A stretch of 59,798 nucleotides of DNA, the filler included. It is 5 parts of 5 records of this genome, joined end to end, with 100 filler letters (N's around TTAATTAATTAA, not from the genome) between each part and the next. Parts side by side here need not be neighbours in the genome. Positions count along the whole stretch, not along the records: positions 1 to 22,006 come from DRR723986_6637; 4 more parts are not named here. One strand, 5' to 3'. A program made the position numbers and the translations under genes. Under the pieces are notes generated by a model. That model worked only from the letters and a program-made list of their open reading frames with translations, was not told where the DNA came from and ran no database searches. This document shows, in pieces, positions 1 through 10,300 of this stretch. The number at the start of each line of letters is the position of its first letter. Position 1 is the stretch's first letter.

Positions 1-1
1 A

Positions 2-58
2 GAAGCACTGGGCATCTTCTCGTTCCTGGTCGCTCTGCTGCTGATGTTCGCTGTCTAA
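2..58 (+). CDS. atpE: F0F1 ATP synthase subunit c, C-terminal fragment (5' truncated by window edge)
   Basis: Frame 2 reads EALGIFSFLVALLLMFAV*, including the proton-binding Glu; lies directly upstream of the b'/b genes. Confidence 0.9.
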   Translation, partial: EALGIFSFLVALLLMFAV

Positions 59-145
59 GACCTTCGGGAACCAACATCCTTACGGTCAGGCAGGGCATGA
101 CTTCATGTGCTGCCTGATGTAAGCAAAGTTTCCAAGGAGACCGAC

Positions 146-691
146 ATGGCAACTGAGACCAATGACTTCGTGAGCTCTTGCATTGATGCAGGTGGCAGCG
201 CGGTCGGTATGCCCCAACTCTGCGGAGAGTGGATGGGCAACCAGATCTTCTGGCTCGTGGTCACGCTTGTCGTGATCTTTTTGATCCTGTCGCGCGTCGC
301 TTTGCCCCGTATCGGGGCCATTCTGGCCGAGCGTCAGGGGACTATCACGAATGACATCGCTGCTGCTGAGGACCTCAAGGCCAAAGCGGTTGAAGCGGAA
401 GAACTGTACAACAAAGCGCTTGCCGATGCGCGTGCAGAAGCACAGCGTATCGCAGCCGAGGCACGTGCCGAAATCCAGGTTGGTCTGGACGAAGCTATCG
501 CCAAAGCGGACGCTGAGATTGCTGCGAAAACTGCTGAATCGGAAAAGGCAATTGCCGAAATCCGTGCCGGTGCGTTGGACAGCATCAAAGTAGTTGCAAC
601 TGACACAGCCGGTGAAATCGTCACCGCGTTGGGTGGTGCTGCAGATGAGGCAGGGGTCGCAAACGCGGTTCAAGCCCGAGTGAAAGGATAA
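146..691 (+). CDS. atpG: F0F1 ATP synthase subunit b'
   Basis: GMPQL...NQIFWL N-terminal TM followed by an Ala/Glu coiled coil; start moved to ATG 146 after the AAGGAG RBS. Confidence 0.92.
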   Translation: MATETNDFVSSCIDAGGSAVGMPQLCGEWMGNQIFWLVVTLVVIFLILSRVALPRIGAILAERQGTITNDIAAAEDLKAKAVEAEELYNKALADARAEAQRIAAEARAEIQVGLDEAIAKADAEIAAKTAESEKAIAEIRAGALDSIKVVATDTAGEIVTALGGAADEAGVANAVQARVKG

Positions 692-696
692 GAGAC

Positions 697-1257
697 ATGC
701 GCAATACTCTCGCCCTTATCCTGGCTGCTGGTTTTGCAAGCCCCGCGCTTGCAGCAAGCGGTCCATTCGTATCGCTGGGCAACACCGATTTTGTTGTTCT
801 GATTTCATTCATCGTCTTCATCGGCGTTCTGTTCTACTTCAAAGTGCCCGGCATGATTGGCGGCGCTCTGGATAACCGGGCAACCGGAATCCAGTCGGAG
901 TTGGACGAAGCCCGCACCCTGCGTGAAGAAGCACAGACACTGTTGGCCTCTTATGAGCGCAAGCAGCAAGAAGTGCAGACTCAAGCAGACGCGATTGTTG
1001 CTGCTGCAGGTGAGGACGCCAAACTGGCGGCCGAGCAGGCAAAAGTTGAACTGGAAGCCTCGATTGCGCGCCGTCTGGCCGCAGCTCAGGACCAGATCGC
1101 TTCGGCAGAAGCTTCGGCAGTGAAGGAAGTCCGGGATCAAGCAATTACCATTGCTATCGCGGCTGCCAATGAAGTGATCGCCAAGCAGATGACCGCAACA
1201 GAAGCCAACAAGCTGATCGACGCGGCTATCGACGAAGTGAACACTAAGCTGCACTAA
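697..1257 (+). CDS. atpF: F0F1 ATP synthase subunit b
   Basis: SLGNTDFVVLISF TM, LDNRA..I..ELDEA coiled coil, operon position. Confidence 0.92.
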   Translation: MRNTLALILAAGFASPALAASGPFVSLGNTDFVVLISFIVFIGVLFYFKVPGMIGGALDNRATGIQSELDEARTLREEAQTLLASYERKQQEVQTQADAIVAAAGEDAKLAAEQAKVELEASIARRLAAAQDQIASAEASAVKEVRDQAITIAIAAANEVIAKQMTATEANKLIDAAIDEVNTKLH

Positions 1258-1280
1258 GCTTTGTGTTCCCCATAATTCAG

Positions 1281-1308
1281 AAAACCCGGTCCTTGTGGCC
1301 GGGTTTTT
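1281..1308 (+). terminator. Rho-independent terminator of the atp F0 operon (possibly bidirectional)
   Basis: AAAACCCGG...CCGGGTTTTTT hairpin plus U tract between convergent genes. Confidence 0.85.
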
Positions 1309-1359
1309 TGGTTTTGGCGGGTCTTTGATGTTGCCCGGACAAAGCTCTGAAATCCAATG

Positions 1360-2268
1360 TTACTTGCCAAATGACGGTGCAGAACCCCGCAGGTGTTGAC
1401 CCGAAACGCGTTGCGCTGTTTTCACAAAAGCAAGCGTTGCCGGTGAGGCGTGTCGTGTATCATGCAGGGCCAAACCAACGCTGCGTTCATGACGTGGTTC
1501 CAGTGGTCTGATGTGGTATCGGTCCGTGTTTTGGATTGGGGGCAGGGCCAGTTCGGCCACCACGGCGACCCCCTCACCGCGCTCGACCATGGCGATTGTG
1601 CTCATGACCTGAGACGTGCGGAATTGAATGTCGGGAACAAGGCCCGCCTTGGAGAACACGCGACCAATGACCCCGGCCGAGCCTGCCTCGGTCATCAAAA
1701 AGGGCCTGTCACACAAATCGCGCGGTTTGATGGCCGTTTTTGATGCCAGATCGCTGTCTTTGGGTAACAGTGCAACCAGCTCATCCTGAACCAGTTCGTA
1801 GGTTTCGAACCGGTCATCAGGCAACACGACGAACCCGACATCAACGCGGCGTTCTTGGATCCATTGTACCACCTCTTGATCTGGGCCTTCGTCAATCCGA
1901 ACCTCGATCCCCGGATAGTCCTTTTTGAAAACCTCGAGAATGGGCGGCAGCAGACGAATGGTTGAAGTCGGCCCAAAGGACCCGATGCGCAAACTACCAA
2001 GGTTCAAGCCGCGAAAGTCGGTGGCCTCTTGGCGAATGGTTTCACCAAGGCCAAGGATTTCGCGTGCACGGGGTAGCAAACGCTGGCCAATTTCGGTCAA
2101 TTCAATCTGTCCGCCCTGTCGGTCAACCAGCGTTACACCCAGTTCTTTTTCAAGCGTTTTCAACGCGTGAGAGACCGCAGATTGGCTGATGCCAAGGTGC
2201 TGTGCAGTCAGGGTAAACCCGCGCAATTCTGCCAACAGAGAGAAGACTTCGAGCTGTGTGTTCGTCAT
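1360..2268 (-). CDS. LysR family transcriptional regulator
   Basis: N-terminal HTH (FTLTAQHLGISQSAVSHALKTLEKELG) plus substrate-binding domain; divergent from the DMT gene. Confidence 0.95.
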   Translation of the reverse strand: MTNTQLEVFSLLAELRGFTLTAQHLGISQSAVSHALKTLEKELGVTLVDRQGGQIELTEIGQRLLPRAREILGLGETIRQEATDFRGLNLGSLRIGSFGPTSTIRLLPPILEVFKKDYPGIEVRIDEGPDQEVVQWIQERRVDVGFVVLPDDRFETYELVQDELVALLPKDSDLASKTAIKPRDLCDRPFLMTEAGSAGVIGRVFSKAGLVPDIQFRTSQVMSTIAMVERGEGVAVVAELALPPIQNTDRYHIRPLEPRHERSVGLALHDTRHASPATLAFVKTAQRVSGQHLRGSAPSFGK

Positions 2269-2312
2269 GAGCAAATCCTAATTTGACTATGAATTAGCAT
2301 AAGTAGGAGTGA

Positions 2313-3260
2313 ATGGGAAATTCGATGCCTGGAGACGAATCAACCATGACCATGTTGCCCATACGCTCTGAAACGCCGCTATCTGCCGTCTATCTGCGCC
2401 TGACGCTGACTGCGGCGCTGTGGGCGGGAACATTTGTGGCAGGCCGTGTTGTCGCGCTTGAATTGCCGCCTTTGCCCATTGCCATTGGTCGCTTTGGAAT
2501 AGCAGTTGTTGCTTTGTACCTTTGGGCACGGTGGACCGAAGGGGGCTTGCCAAGGCTAAGCCTGCGGCAGCTAATGGAAACGCTTTTGTTGGGGCTCACT
2601 GGTGTGTGCCTGTACAATCTCTTTTTTCTGGTTTCGTTGTCCGAGATGCCCGCCTCGCGGACAGCGACCTTTGTTGCCCTGAATCCGGTGGTCGTGTCGC
2701 TGTTAATGTTTGCATTGTTCCGAGAGCGATTGTCCCTACAGCGTTGGGCTGGAATTGGGCTGACCCTGGCTGGCGCCATATTGGTGATAAGCCGTGGTAA
2801 CCTAACCGCCTTGGTCGGAGATATTGAAAGTAGTTTTGGCCGTGGCGAAGTCGCGATGAGCATGGCTGTGCTAAGCTGGGCTTTATACACGATCATCGGC
2901 CGGAACGCGCTTAAGGGCCTGTCCCCGCTGTCTGCGACCACCTATGCCGCGATCTGGGGGCTGGTCCTGTTGGTCGGCGCATATCTGGTTATGCCTGCAC
3001 CAGATTTCCAAGATGTGGTGTCTGGCCAGGGTCTTGCGGCCATTGTGTATCTGGCAATTGGCGGAACTGTCGTGCCATTCCTCTGGTACTATCGCGGCGT
3101 TGCCGAGATCGGCCCGGCGCGCACGTCTGTGTTCACCAACCTCGTGCCCGTCTTTGGCGTTTTGTTTGGTGTGGTTTTGTTGGGCGAGCCATTGCTGATG
3201 TCGATGATTGTAGGCGGTGGTCTGGTTGTTGTCGGAGTGATCCTGACCAACCGAACCTAG
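2313..3260 (+). CDS. DMT/EamA family transporter (true start possibly 2347)
   Basis: About 10 TM helices in two EamA repeats (LWAGTF; GPARTSVFTNLVPVF). Confidence 0.92.
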   Translation: MGNSMPGDESTMTMLPIRSETPLSAVYLRLTLTAALWAGTFVAGRVVALELPPLPIAIGRFGIAVVALYLWARWTEGGLPRLSLRQLMETLLLGLTGVCLYNLFFLVSLSEMPASRTATFVALNPVVVSLLMFALFRERLSLQRWAGIGLTLAGAILVISRGNLTALVGDIESSFGRGEVAMSMAVLSWALYTIIGRNALKGLSPLSATTYAAIWGLVLLVGAYLVMPAPDFQDVVSGQGLAAIVYLAIGGTVVPFLWYYRGVAEIGPARTSVFTNLVPVFGVLFGVVLLGEPLLMSMIVGGGLVVVGVILTNRT

Positions 3261-3272
3261 GGCCAGTTTGGG

Positions 3273-4046
3273 TCAGGGCGTTTTGCCTGGTCCCGTCTCA
3301 TGTTCCAACCGCAGACGTGCAATGGCTTCGTTGCGTTCTGCTGCTTGCTGATCCGCAAGGCAGCTTTGTACAAAACTCAGGTGATTTTGTACGGAATTTC
3401 GAGCGGCCTCAGGGTCTCGGGCTTGCAAGGCGTCGTTGATCGCCCGGTGCTGGTCCAGAATAGCCGCGCGTGTTGTGCGTTGGTCGAACATGATTTTGCG
3501 ATTGTAGAACACGCCTTGGCTTAGCAAGTCGAACATGGACCGCATCATGTGCAGCATGACAACGTTATGACCGGCCTCAATGATCGCCATATGGAATTGG
3601 GCATCCAGTCGCGCCTCTTCATCGCTGTTGGCGGGGGCGGCGACCATTTTGTCAAAGATGGCTTGGATCACCTTGAGGTCACTAGAGGACCCAAGGCGCG
3701 CCGCGCGCTCGGCGGCCAGCCCTTCCATGTCGCGACGGAATGACAGGTAATCAAACACCGCTTCATCATGGGTGCGAAACAGACGCGTCAGGGCAGGGGA
3801 AAAGGCAGACCCCAAAACCTCGGCCACAAAGATTCCTGATCCTGCTTTTGCAGTGAGCAACCCTTGTTCCTGCAATTCGGATACGGCGTCGCGCAGGCTG
3901 GGTCGGGACACGCCAAGGCGTTCGGACAGTTCCCGCTCGGCGGGCAGCCGTTCGCCGGGGCGTAGTATGCCCCGTAGAATCAGTTGTTCGATTTGACGGA
4001 CGACAGAGGTCGAGAGTTTCTCGGGATGGACTTTCTGGAAAGGCAT
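3273..4046 (-). CDS. GntR/FadR-family regulator (PdhR/GlcC/LldR-like)
   Basis: PGERLPAERELSERLGVSRPSLRDA wHTH plus FCD domain; likely start MPFQKV at 4046. Confidence 0.93.
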   Translation of the reverse strand: MPFQKVHPEKLSTSVVRQIEQLILRGILRPGERLPAERELSERLGVSRPSLRDAVSELQEQGLLTAKAGSGIFVAEVLGSAFSPALTRLFRTHDEAVFDYLSFRRDMEGLAAERAARLGSSSDLKVIQAIFDKMVAAPANSDEEARLDAQFHMAIIEAGHNVVMLHMMRSMFDLLSQGVFYNRKIMFDQRTTRAAILDQHRAINDALQARDPEAARNSVQNHLSFVQSCLADQQAAERNEAIARLRLEHETGPGKTP

Positions 4047-4063
4047 GTGGCGCTCGCACGGAT

Positions 4064-4168
4064 TGGTAAGAACATATGACCACGAGTGGGGCAGTACCGC
4101 AAGGGGCTGAAAGGTCAGCATTCATGACCTGATCACAATGTTGCAACAAAGGGTCAGGATTATTGACT
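4064..4168. promoter_or_regulatory. Three GGTCA-N7-TGACC-type palindromes, candidate FadR-family operators
   Basis: TGGTAA-N7-TGACCA (4064-4082), AGGTCA-N7-TGACCT (4112-4130), GGTCA-N7-TGACT (4152-4168). Confidence 0.6.
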
Positions 4169-4222
4169 TAATTGCTGTGACCGGCAAAATTTGGACATGT
4201 TTAGAAAGTCAGGAGGGCTGAC

Positions 4223-5440
4223 ATGTGTATTGAAAAGAACTTTGCCACCAGAATTTCACGCTTGAAAGCGTCTGAAATCCGGGAGCTGCTCAAATTATTG
4301 GATCAACCCGGCATTCTGTCGTTTGCAGGGGGGATTCCTGATCCTGCTCTGTTCCCGACGCAGGCGTTTGGGCAGGCGTTTTCAGAGGCCTTGGACGAGG
4401 GCCCGCAAGCCCTGCAATATTCCGTTAGCGAAGGGTACTTGCCACTGCGGGAATGGATCGCTGCGGATATGGCGCGCCATGGGGTAACCTGTTCGGTTGA
4501 TAACATTCTGATCACCTCGGGCTCGCAGCAAGCGTTGGACTATTTGGGGAAGTTGTTTCTGTCCTCCGGCGATACCGCGCTTGTTGGGTGGCCCACATAT
4601 TTGGGCGCTTTGGCGGCGTTCAACGCCTATGAGCCAGCATTCGATCAGCTGAGCATCAATGGCAACCGTGTGCCCGAGGATTACAAAACCAAGGCCGAAG
4701 CGGCCGGAGGGCAGGTGAAATTTGCCTATTTGTCTGCGGATTTTGCCAACCCCACTGGCGAAACCGTGAATCGGCAGGGACGTGAGGCGGTGTTGCAGCT
4801 GGCGGAGGCATTGGATTGCGCCGTGATCGAAGATGCGGCGTATCAATCGTTGCGCTATGATGGCACCCCAGTTCCACCCATTTTGGCCTTGGAGTTGGCG
4901 CAGAAGGGTTCGATTGAGGAGTGCCGAACAATCTATTGCGGCAGCTTTTCTAAGACGCTGTCGCCGGGCTTGCGCGTGGGTTGGGTAGTTGCTGCGACGC
5001 CGGTCATTAAACAGTTGGTGTTGATGAAGCAGGCCGCTGATTTGCATTCCGCAACGATCAACCAGATGGCAATACACCGCGTCGCTGAGGGGGGATTTGA
5101 TGCCCATGTGGCAGGGGTGCGGGATGTGTATCGGCGGCGGCGTGATGCGATGTTACAGGCGTTGGACCGTTTTATGCCCAAGGGTGTACGATGGACCAAA
5201 CCCGAGGGCGGTATGTTTGTTTGGGTGACATTGCCTGCCGAACTGGATGGGGCTGATCTGCTTGCCCGGTCGTTGGAGACCGAGAAAGTGGCCTTTGTTC
5301 CGGGGCGGGCTTTCTTCGCGGATGGGTCTGGCGGTAATACGATCCGGCTTAGTTTTTCTTGTGCGGATGAGACCGTGATTGCGGAAGGAATGGCGCGTTT
5401 AGGACGGCTTATTTCTGTGGCGATGGCGGGACAGGCCTGA
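4223..5440 (+). CDS. PLP-dependent aminotransferase class I/II (2-aminoadipate transaminase/MocR-type)
   Basis: SFAGGIPDP, ITSGSQQALD, NPTG, IEDAAY, GSFSKTLSPGLRVGW. Confidence 0.92.
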   Translation: MCIEKNFATRISRLKASEIRELLKLLDQPGILSFAGGIPDPALFPTQAFGQAFSEALDEGPQALQYSVSEGYLPLREWIAADMARHGVTCSVDNILITSGSQQALDYLGKLFLSSGDTALVGWPTYLGALAAFNAYEPAFDQLSINGNRVPEDYKTKAEAAGGQVKFAYLSADFANPTGETVNRQGREAVLQLAEALDCAVIEDAAYQSLRYDGTPVPPILALELAQKGSIEECRTIYCGSFSKTLSPGLRVGWVVAATPVIKQLVLMKQAADLHSATINQMAIHRVAEGGFDAHVAGVRDVYRRRRDAMLQALDRFMPKGVRWTKPEGGMFVWVTLPAELDGADLLARSLETEKVAFVPGRAFFADGSGGNTIRLSFSCADETVIAEGMARLGRLISVAMAGQA

Positions 5441-5460
5441 GCGGCCTATCCCAAGATTGC

Positions 5461-6669
5461 TTATTCTGCTGGCACAGTGGCATGGCCTTTGGGGCGGCCA
5501 AAGTGCTGGCGGTTCAGGCGTAAGACAAGCGTAACCATGGCCGCCTGCAGGGCGAGCGCAATCAGTGTGATTGCCCAATAGGTTGGTGAAAACTTGTCCA
5601 GCAGGCCGGCACCAACCAGACCCTTGTTCACCCAAAACTGAACGAGGACCGAAAGGGCAACGCCGGGGCAAACCAACGCATAAGAACCGGGCGATGTTTT
5701 TGAGCCGAAAACGAAATCGGCAAAGTATTTCTGACGACGCAGTACGACCAGGCCAAGACCTAGAAAAACCAATTGGATTGACAGCAAACGGGTCAGGAAC
5801 AGGAACGTGTCAGAGGCGGCGGTGTGCCCATCGCCAAGACCGTCCAAGCCATGAGTTTGGCGCAGGGACAAAATGCCCAGAACGGTCATGATCGGAATGA
5901 TCACCATCAGGGTCGGACCGGCCTCACGCGCAGTGCCGTGGGTCAGCATTGCGTTCAAGCCAGTGATTGCTGCAAATAAGGCATAGATGATCGCGGCGAT
6001 GGCAAAAAAGGTCGACGCAACGAGGGACAGGCCAACGATGGCTGGGGTGTGGCTCATGGCGGCGGGGGCGGCGAGACCAACGGCCACCATCGACAGAGCA
6101 AATGCGGGCATCATCTGGGCAAAAGAGTTATGCCCTTCGATCGAGAATGCCTCGGGGTGGGTCAGGGCGCGGCCAAGGAAGTTTCCAGTTTGGATCAGCG
6201 CCAATGCACCTATGCCGAGAAAGGCGAGCACGGCGAGTGGGAACAGGTATTCCACAACGCTCCAGAGACCGGGTACAAAGACGAGGCCTACGATAAACAT
6301 CGCGTTGACTGTCATGGCCAGCGCAAGGGGCATCGCAAGCGTGGCGCTTTGCCCGTTGGAAGTCATGAGTGTGGTGTAGGCGTCTGTTTGACGAAAGGCG
6401 CTGTAGGCGCGCAGATTCCAGATCAGCAGGGCAACGTTGAGAATGGCAAAACCTGCGATGCCAAGCATGGCGATCAGGGCGGCAATTTTGAGTGTGACGG
6501 GGCCCGTTTCAAAGACGGTTAGGATGTCGCTGAGCAAGGGTACGGGGCGCCCTTTGTGTGGGACCCAAAACATCAGATACATGAAAAATGTCACGGTCAA
6601 ACCCCCAGCCCCGAGGGATGCTAAGAAATAGAGAGGGGAGTAGGTATCGGCTGGTCGGTGTACAGACAT
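5461..6669 (-). CDS. Polytopic membrane protein, about 10 TM (TsoY-like; possible SLAC1/TDT-fold anion channel)
   Basis: YSPLYFLASLGAGGL N-terminus and SPGSYALVCPGVAL C-terminus; start MSVHRP at 6669 follows an RBS. Confidence 0.65.
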   Translation of the reverse strand: MSVHRPADTYSPLYFLASLGAGGLTVTFFMYLMFWVPHKGRPVPLLSDILTVFETGPVTLKIAALIAMLGIAGFAILNVALLIWNLRAYSAFRQTDAYTTLMTSNGQSATLAMPLALAMTVNAMFIVGLVFVPGLWSVVEYLFPLAVLAFLGIGALALIQTGNFLGRALTHPEAFSIEGHNSFAQMMPAFALSMVAVGLAAPAAMSHTPAIVGLSLVASTFFAIAAIIYALFAAITGLNAMLTHGTAREAGPTLMVIIPIMTVLGILSLRQTHGLDGLGDGHTAASDTFLFLTRLLSIQLVFLGLGLVVLRRQKYFADFVFGSKTSPGSYALVCPGVALSVLVQFWVNKGLVGAGLLDKFSPTYWAITLIALALQAAMVTLVLRLNRQHFGRPKGHATVPAE

Positions 6670-6688
6670 TGAGAGGATCTCTGATAAC

Positions 6689-6735
6689 ATTCTAAATATG
6701 GAATATATATAAATTCCAAAAAAAGAATGTGTCAA
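6689..6735 (-). promoter_or_regulatory. Sigma70 promoter overlapped by two ATTC-N8-GAAT palindromes (SqrR/BigR-type operators)
   Basis: TTGACA on the minus strand at 6735-6730; TATATA near 6711-6706; palindromes at 6689-6704 and 6713-6728. Confidence 0.65.
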
Positions 6736-6783
6736 GTGGGACTCTGAAAACCTTTGTTAAGGTTCTGCTGGCAGGATGGGGAA

Positions 6784-7185
6784 ATGTTGAGACTGTTACC
6801 AGTAATGGGATTGGCGGCCTGTTCTGCTGTTAGCCCGCATTTTCAGGGGGTCCCGGTCACGCGTGTCGCGGTGAGCGGGAGCCTCTTTGATGTTCGGGTG
6901 CGCGGGGATCTGGCCGAAGCGGTCCGGATAAATAGCGAATATGCACCCCGGCTTGGACCGATTGAGAGCAAAGCGCGGTTTGCCATGGCGCAGGTTTCTG
7001 GGTGCGATGTTGTTGGGGTGTTGGGCGATCAGTCTGTGACCACTGGGGTTCTGTCGTGTGAAACCAGATCCCGGGATTGGGCCTTGCCTGCGGCCACGTT
7101 GCGGTTTGATTGCATCGACGGGGGCATCACACTAAAGGAGGAGGCACGGTCAGGGCTGTCCGATATAGATTGCGACCCCGTCTGA
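6784..7185 (+). CDS. Hypothetical lipoprotein
   Basis: LAAC lipobox after a hydrophobic stretch. Confidence 0.7.
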   Translation: MLRLLPVMGLAACSAVSPHFQGVPVTRVAVSGSLFDVRVRGDLAEAVRINSEYAPRLGPIESKARFAMAQVSGCDVVGVLGDQSVTTGVLSCETRSRDWALPAATLRFDCIDGGITLKEEARSGLSDIDCDPV

Positions 7186-7309
7186 TCAGGATCTAGCCAC
7201 ATCTTGTGGGAAATTGGGCGAAAAGCCCCAGATGAAGCGTCTTCACCGTTGACAGACGGGCAACGCACCGCGCAGGCTTGCGAGTCTCAGGAATCACAGA
7301 GGCTCTCAC

Positions 7310-10300
7310 TTGCGGTTTTCCAAACTCAGACTGACTGGCTTCAAAAGCTTTGTTGACCCCACCGACTTGATCATTGCGGATGGGCTGACAGGTGTTGTGG
7401 GTCCAAATGGCTGCGGCAAGTCCAATTTGCTGGAGGCGCTGCGCTGGGTCATGGGAGAAAACCGCCCCAAGGCGATGCGGGGCGGGGGCATGGAAGATGT
7501 GATTTTTGCCGGGGCAGCCACACGTCCTGCGCGCAACTTTGCCGAAGTCACGTTGTTGATGGACAATTCGGAGCGTTTGGCGCCATCGGGGTTCAACGAC
7601 AGTGATAACTTGGAAATTGTTCGCCGGATCACGCGGGATGTGGGCAGTGCCTATAAGGCGAACTCTAAGGATGTTCGGGCGCGTGACATTCAGATGTTGT
7701 TTGCTGATGCATCGACAGGTGCCCATTCTCCGGCGCTGGTGCGTCAGGGGCAAATCTCGGAACTGATTAATGCCAAACCCAAGGCGCGCCGTCGCATTCT
7801 GGAAGAGGCTGCGGGTATTTCGGGCTTGTATCAGCGGCGCCATGAGGCCGAGCTGAAGTTGAAGGGAACCGAGACAAACCTGACGCGGGTGGATGATGTC
7901 TTGGAACAGCTGGCCACCCAGTTGGGGCAATTGGCCAGACAGGCCCGCCAGGCCGCGCGGTATCGCGAGATCGGAACGCAGTTGCGGCAGGCCGAAGGGA
8001 TGCTGTTGTATCGGCGCTGGAAAGAAGCCGACGGTGTACGATTGGCGTCAGAGGGGGCTTTGAAAACCTGTACGAGCCAAGCCATGCAGGCCGAAGTGCT
8101 GAGCCGTCAGGCGGCCGCGGACCGGGTAAAGGCTGAAGAGGCGCTGCCGCCGTTGCGCGAGGAAGAAGCCATTGCGGCCGCTGTTTTGCAGCGATTGCAG
8201 GTGCAACGCGATGCATTGGGCGATCAGGAAACACGGGCGCGGCAGACCATCGAAACACTGTCTGCGCGTATTGCGCAGTTGGGGCGGGATATCGACCGAG
8301 AGGCGGGGTTGAACCGGGACGCTGGCGAAACGATCGAACGTTTGGAATGGGAGTCCCGGGAGCTTCTTAAAGCGAGCGAGGGACAGGACGCCCGCCTGGA
8401 CGAAGCGGCAGAGGCTGCGCGCGAAGCCGCCGAAGTGTTGCAGGAACGCGAAGGTCATCTATCACAAGTGACCGAAGATGTGGCGCGGTTGGCGGCCCGG
8501 CATCAGTCCGCGCAGCGGTTGGTGGATGACCATCGCAAAACATTGGCGCGGTCTGAGAACGAAGAGGCCAAGGCGCGGGATGCGGTGGCGACGGCTGTTG
8601 AGGCGACAACGCAGGCCAGTGTGGCGTTTGAAACGGCACAAGAGCATGAGGAAGAGGCCATAGAGGCTGCTGAAACCGCCGAAGAAGCGTTGGCGGCTGC
8701 GGATGAATTGCGGACCGAAACGCAGGCGATGGAAACCGAAGCCCGGGCGCAACGGTCCGAAGCAGAAGGCGAAGCAGGGGCAATCCGGGCCGAGACCACG
8801 GCGCTGGCCAAATTGGTGGAACGGGACACGGCTGAAGGCGGTCAGGTATTGGACCTGATGCGTGTCGATGCAGGATATGAAAAGGCGCTGGGCGCGGCTT
8901 TGGCGGATGATTTGCGCGCGCCCTTGGTTGATGCGGATGGCCCATCGGGGTGGGTGGATGTGTCGGCCTATGAAACGGATCAGCCGTTGCCAGAGGGCGC
9001 CCGCCCACTGAACCAGTATGTGTCGGGTCCTGATCAATTGGGTCGTCGGATCGCTCAAATCGGGATTGTGCAGGCAGATCAGGCCGCCGCCTTGGTGCCA
9101 CGTTTGTTGCCGGGGCAGCGTTTGGTGTCGCGTGACGGGGATTTGTGGCGTTGGGACGGATATCGCGCTTGGGCAGAGGATGCGCCAAGTGCGGCCGCGT
9201 TGCGTCTGGAGCAGTTGAACCGGCTCGAGACGCTCAAACAGGAATTGGCACATGTGTCTGCGCGGGCCGAAGGGACCCGCGCTGCCCATGAGGCGTTGAC
9301 GATGCGTTTGGCGGATGTGACTGAGGCTGACAAACGTGCCCGCGATGCGCGACGGACCGCAGATCAGCGGGTGGCCGAGGCGGCGCGTTTGCTGAGCCGC
9401 GCTGAGGCTGAGAAGAACCTGTCACAAGGGCGGGCTGAAAACTTAAGCCTAGCGGTGCAACGCCATCATGAAGATGCGTTGACGGCACAGCTTCAGCTGC
9501 GAGAGGCTGAGATAGCTCTGGCAGGTTTGGGCGCATTAGATGCGGCCCGGGCCGAGGTCGAAGATGTCAAACACGCGGTCGAGGCGGCGCGGATTACAAT
9601 GTTGACCCATCGCTCGACCCACGACGAAGTGCGGCGCGAGGGGGCGGCGCGCACCAAGCGCACGCAAGAGGTGACTAAGGACATTAGTGGCTGGCGTCAC
9701 CGTTTGGAAACTGCTGAAAAGCGCACAGCCGAGTTGGTCGAGCGCAAGGACAGCACCGAAGAAGAGCTGGGCGAGGCGATGCAAGTGCCTGGCGAAATTT
9801 CAGAGCAACGCGAAGAGTTGAACGAACAGGCTGCTGGGGCAGAGCAACGCAAGGCCGACGCGACGGATGCTCTGGTCGCGGCCGAGGCGGTGCATCGCGA
9901 AACCATGCTGACTGAACGCGAGGCCGAGCGTTTGGCGTCTGAGGCTCGCGAAGCCCGAGCCGCTGCGGCCGCGCGGGCAGAGGCCGCGCGGGATATGGTG
10001 CTTGGCGCGTCAGAGCGGATCGCCGAAGAACAAGACCTTACGCCAGATCAATTACTGCAACAGCTTGCGGTCGCCCCCGATCAGATCCCATCGGTCGAAG
10101 ATTTGGAGACCGAAATCAACCGGCACAAGCGCCAGAGGGATTCGATGGGCGCAGTGAACCTGCGGGCCGAAGAGGACGCGCGCGAAGTGCGCGAAGAGCA
10201 TGATCAGCTGGAGGCCGAAAAGGCGGATCTCGAAGAGGCGGTCAAAACCTTGCGCAACGGGATTGCCAGCCTGAACCGCGAGGGGCGCGAGCGGCTTTTG

